Of a stretch of 64,000 nt of DNA, positions 61,473 to 64,000 are shown piece after piece; within the stretch, counting starts at the first letter, position 1, and every line of letters starts with the position of its first letter. The stretch lies in contig JAHFTC010000007.1 of NCBI GenBank assembly GCA_023269585.1, forward strand, positions 226-64,225. The letters run 5' to 3'. Origin of the DNA: Opitutaceae bacterium (GTDB taxonomy: Bacteria; Verrucomicrobiota; Verrucomicrobiia; Opitutales; Opitutaceae). The translations under genes and the position numbers were made by a program. Under the pieces are notes generated by a model. The model was given only the letters and a program-made list of their open reading frames with translations, was not told where the DNA came from and did not search any database.

Positions 61473-61753
61473 GGTTCGGGAGGACGGGTTGGGTTGGTTT
61501 GAAAGGAGGAAAAGGGAGCGGCGGTGGCGCGGGTGCGCCGGGATGAACGGGCGTTTTGCAGAAGGTGTGCCGCGGCGCGAGCCGGAGGGTGTACCTCGGG
61601 AAACGAAGGGATGCAACGAAGCGCTTACGCCGCGGGCGAGTCAACGTGGCACGCGGAGTGACGCAGCGCGGGCGGAGTTGGCGCGGTCGAAACAGGCGGT
61701 GGTTGCCTCGCAGATGTGATGTCCTCGCGAGTGGGGGCGCCGGCGATGGGCAT

Positions 61754-61794
61754 AGACGCAAAACCCTGTCGCGGTCGGACGAGAATTTGCGTCT
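61754..61794 (+). repeat. 41-nt hairpin element, copy 1
   Basis: agacgcaaa ... tttgcgtct, a 9-bp stem. The loop carries the conserved tgtcgcggtcggacg. Confidence 0.7.
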
Positions 61795-61918
61795 TTGGGC
61801 GGGGCGTTGTGGCGGGACGGCCGGCGGGGGAGTGCGAGTGGAGTCGATGGCGCAAGAACGCGATGGGGTCGGGACAGCGTTTCGCATCGGGGATGCGCCT
61901 GAAGGAAGGGGGGCGCAA

Positions 61919-61961
61919 AAGACGCAAAACCATGTCGCGGTCGGACGGGTTTTTGCGTCTT
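61919..61961 (+). repeat. hairpin element, copy 2
   Basis: aagacgcaaaa ... ttttgcgtctt, an 11-bp stem with the same loop core tgtcgcggtcggacg. Starts 165 bp after copy 1. Confidence 0.7.
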
Positions 61962-61996
61962 TTCCCGCGGGGCGCGGATTCGGGATGGTGGACTGT

Positions 61997-62086
61997 GGGC
62001 GGGGGGGGGCGGACAGGAGTCGGCGAACGGGGGGGGAACCTGGGAGTAGGCCGCGAGGAAACGGGGCTGGCATTGAGCGCGGGGGG
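61997..62086 (+). promoter_or_regulatory. cluster of homopolymeric G tracts (G9, G8, G6) upstream of the Cys-rich protein gene
   Basis: G9 at 62001-62009, G8 at 62029-62036 and G6 at 62081-62086. They lie 38-123 nt upstream of ATG 62124. Confidence 0.5.
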
Positions 62087-62123
62087 TGGTTGGCTGGTGA
62101 CGCTTTCCGAACCCAGCGGCGTG

Positions 62124-62672
62124 ATGAAGAAACCCTCCAAACTGGCAGTCACCCTGACGACGGCTTTGCTCGCCGCCGACCTCACTGCGATGGACCGAGA
62201 CCAAACCAAGAAGGAACTGGCGAAGCTCGAGCCGGTGAAGGAATCCGCGCCGGCGCTGAGCGCGATGTGCTACGAGATGGCCGCGCCGCCGGAGCGTATC
62301 GAGTACTGCTGCCCGGTGTGTGCCGAGCGCACGCTGTATCCGTTCCACTCCGGTGTGATCGACGACGAGGAACTCTCCACATGCCGGCGGCTGATGCAGG
62401 AGCTGCCGGCACGGGTGCTCGTTTCGCTCGACGAGTCGGCCCTTTGCAAGAAATGCCACCCGGGCACGAAGCAGCCACAGCTGGTGTTGGTCGCGCGTTA
62501 CCCGGATGGCCAAACTGAGTCGACCGCGGGGGTGCGGGCGACGGATCTGGAACTGCTTGCCGCGGTGGTGGCCGGCGAGAAGTCGGTCGACGCGCCGGAG
62601 GTGCGGGCGTCGATGCTTGGAAATCTGCGGCGACTGAAGGAACTGGTGACGCTGGGGACGACGACGGAATGA
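62124..62672 (+). CDS. Cys-rich exported protein (zinc-ribbon-like CxxC ... CxxC), candidate radical SAM partner
   Basis: MKKPSKLAVTLTTALLAADLTA is a signal-like N-terminus. 7 Cys are present, including YCCPVCAERT and LCKKCHPG. 182 aa. No family recognised. Confidence 0.55.
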   Translation: MKKPSKLAVTLTTALLAADLTAMDRDQTKKELAKLEPVKESAPALSAMCYEMAAPPERIEYCCPVCAERTLYPFHSGVIDDEELSTCRRLMQELPARVLVSLDESALCKKCHPGTKQPQLVLVARYPDGQTESTAGVRATDLELLAAVVAGEKSVDAPEVRASMLGNLRRLKELVTLGTTTE

Positions 62673-62770
62673 GCGCGCGGGGTGGTCCGTCGTTGCCGCT
62701 GCGGTGGGTGATTCATGTCCCGGCTCACCGGGGACGGTTCGCTCTACCTCTCGGTGCCTGACCGCAATCT

Positions 62771-63853
62771 ATGATCGTCAAATCCCGCCTCGCCCCGTCG
62801 TTCCTGCCCGCCACCGGCGTGCTGGAGATGACCTACCGGTGCAACCACCGGTGCGGGTTCTGCTCGTGCCCCTGGTTTGCCGCGAGCGGCGGGTACGCGC
62901 AACGTGGCGAGCTGAGCGTGCGGGAGTGGCAGGCGGTGATCGACCGGCTGACGCGGATGGGCGTGTGCAACCTGGCGTTCACCGGCGGCGAGGCGCTGCT
63001 GAAGGAGGGGCTGTTCGAAATCATGCGCCACGCGGCGCGCAGCACGGTCGAGCACATCGAGACGCGCGAGGGCGGACTCGTTTCCGAGTTCAAGGCGCCG
63101 AACCTGTATCTGCTCTCCAACGGCACGGCCGTCACGCAGGCGGTGCTCGAGTTCTGCCGCGAGCTCGGCGTGCAGCTGAGCATGAGCCTGCCGGGCCTGG
63201 CGACGTTGCGCGAGCACACGGGCATCGGCGACCCCGACGACATTCTCGGGAAGTTTCGCGCAGCGCAGGCGCTGGGGATGAAGACGGTCGTCAACATCAC
63301 CGTCACGAAGCGCAACCTGCCGGAGCTGTACCAGACGATCGCCGCGGCGTTTCTGGCAGGTGCGCACCAGTTGCTGTTGAACCGGTTTCTTCCCGGTGGG
63401 CGGGGGATGGAGCACCGCGACTGGGTGCTCGATGCCGCCGAGGTGCGCGAGATGCTCGCGGTGGCCGAGGAGGCGCTGGCGGACGCGGGGCGGTTCGGCT
63501 CGGTCGGCACGGAGCTGCCGCGCTGCATCGCGGATCCGGCGAAGTACCAGCGGCTGACAATCGGCACGCGCTGCTCGGCGGCGCTGGGATTCTTCGTGGT
63601 GGGACCGTCGGGACTGGTGCGCGTGTGCAACCATTCGCCGGTGGACCTTGTGCACGTGGCCGAGATCGAGACTTTGAAGACGCACCCGTACTGGCGGCGC
63701 TTCACGCAGCGCGACTATCTGCCGAAACAGTGCGGCGGGTGCGCGCTCGCGACGGAGTGCGATGGCGGTTGCCGCGAGGCGGCGCACATCGTGGGCGGTG
63801 CGGTGGACGCGCCGGATCCGCTGCTCGCGGGGTGTGAGGTCGGTGAACGGTAG
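62771..63853 (+). CDS. radical SAM enzyme with a C-terminal SPASM domain
   Basis: CX3CX2C cluster motif CNHRCGFC at residues 24-31. The C-terminal Cys-rich SPASM-like region is CSAALGFFVVGPSGLVRVC ... QCGGCALATECDGGC. Confidence 0.85.
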   Translation: MIVKSRLAPSFLPATGVLEMTYRCNHRCGFCSCPWFAASGGYAQRGELSVREWQAVIDRLTRMGVCNLAFTGGEALLKEGLFEIMRHAARSTVEHIETREGGLVSEFKAPNLYLLSNGTAVTQAVLEFCRELGVQLSMSLPGLATLREHTGIGDPDDILGKFRAAQALGMKTVVNITVTKRNLPELYQTIAAAFLAGAHQLLLNRFLPGGRGMEHRDWVLDAAEVREMLAVAEEALADAGRFGSVGTELPRCIADPAKYQRLTIGTRCSAALGFFVVGPSGLVRVCNHSPVDLVHVAEIETLKTHPYWRRFTQRDYLPKQCGGCALATECDGGCREAAHIVGGAVDAPDPLLAGCEVGER

Positions 63854-63931
63854 GCGGTGGACGGTAGACGGTGGACGGTGGACAGTAGACGGTGGACAGT
63901 GGACGGTGGACGGTGGACAGTGGACGGTGGA
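63841..63931. repeat. heptanucleotide tandem array (CGGTGGA / CGGTAGA / CAGTGGA), about 13 units, followed by (A/G)GACGAC heptads
   Basis: Read directly from the sequence. It contains the TAG stop of the radical SAM gene (63851-63853). Same family as 25344-25462. Confidence 0.9.
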
Positions 63932-64000
63932 CGGGCGCGGACGACCGAGGACGGACGACAGACGACAGACGGCAGGGGGCGCAGGGCGGCGGCGGCCTTG

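Noticed and set aside
56608-61700. Search for CIRCE (TTAGCACTC-N9-GAGTGCTAA) or a clear sigma-32 promoter upstream of clpB, dnaJ, grpE and htpG.
   Set aside because: There is no CIRCE match. The nearest string, ctaagtgctc at about 58287, has the wrong core. The TTCCACAT / CCTGATT motifs only loosely resemble sigma-32 boxes and have incorrect spacing, so no promoter is annotated.

Overview
This is a high-GC (about 65-70% by eye) bacterial chromosomal segment. Gene content points to a Verrucomicrobiota/Opitutales-like organism: many secreted glycoside hydrolases, a TonB-dependent receptor, a beta-propeller hybrid sensor kinase and a very long GreA-like factor. That taxonomic call is inference only. 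I support about 45 protein-coding genes.

Housekeeping genes:
- rph, a meaB-like GTPase, rsmB, recQ, thrS and cysS.
- A tightly coupled minus-strand operon: tyrA-aroA-cmk-plsC-purD-hypothetical-LMW phosphatase.
- A heat-shock cluster: htpG, grpE, a cbpA-type dnaJ and clpB.

Carbohydrate-utilisation genes: GH3, a GH5-like enzyme, a PL14-like enzyme, a FucI-like isomerase, a TonB receptor, a hybrid sensor kinase and a Gfo/Idh/MocA oxidoreductase.

Accessory patches:
- An intact IS1380-family insertion sequence whose 5-bp target duplication splits a small lipoprotein gene in an AT-richer islet.
- A PaaX-like regulator bracketed by three 36-bp palindromes, next to a PaaI thioesterase gene that carries an in-frame TGA.
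- A patchwork of gene remnants around a response regulator / kinase-like pair.
- A lower-GC three-gene operon with a SUFU-like (immunity-type) protein.
- A small ORF plus Pol-beta nucleotidyltransferase pair.
- A radical SAM/SPASM enzyme paired with a Cys-rich exported protein, behind poly-G tracts.

The most unusual sequence-level feature is the non-coding DNA. Every large intergenic gap between 49.5 and 59.6 kb, and several elsewhere, is a mosaic of recurring short modules. These are REP-like hairpins ending in CCCTACC, CGGTGGA-type heptad arrays, and several 20-40-nt modules. One 1.5-kb gap is a higher-order tandem repeat. In several cases the repeats contain the stop codon of the adjacent gene.

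I saw no rRNA, tRNA or CRISPR array. All functional calls come from reading the translations; no database search was run.
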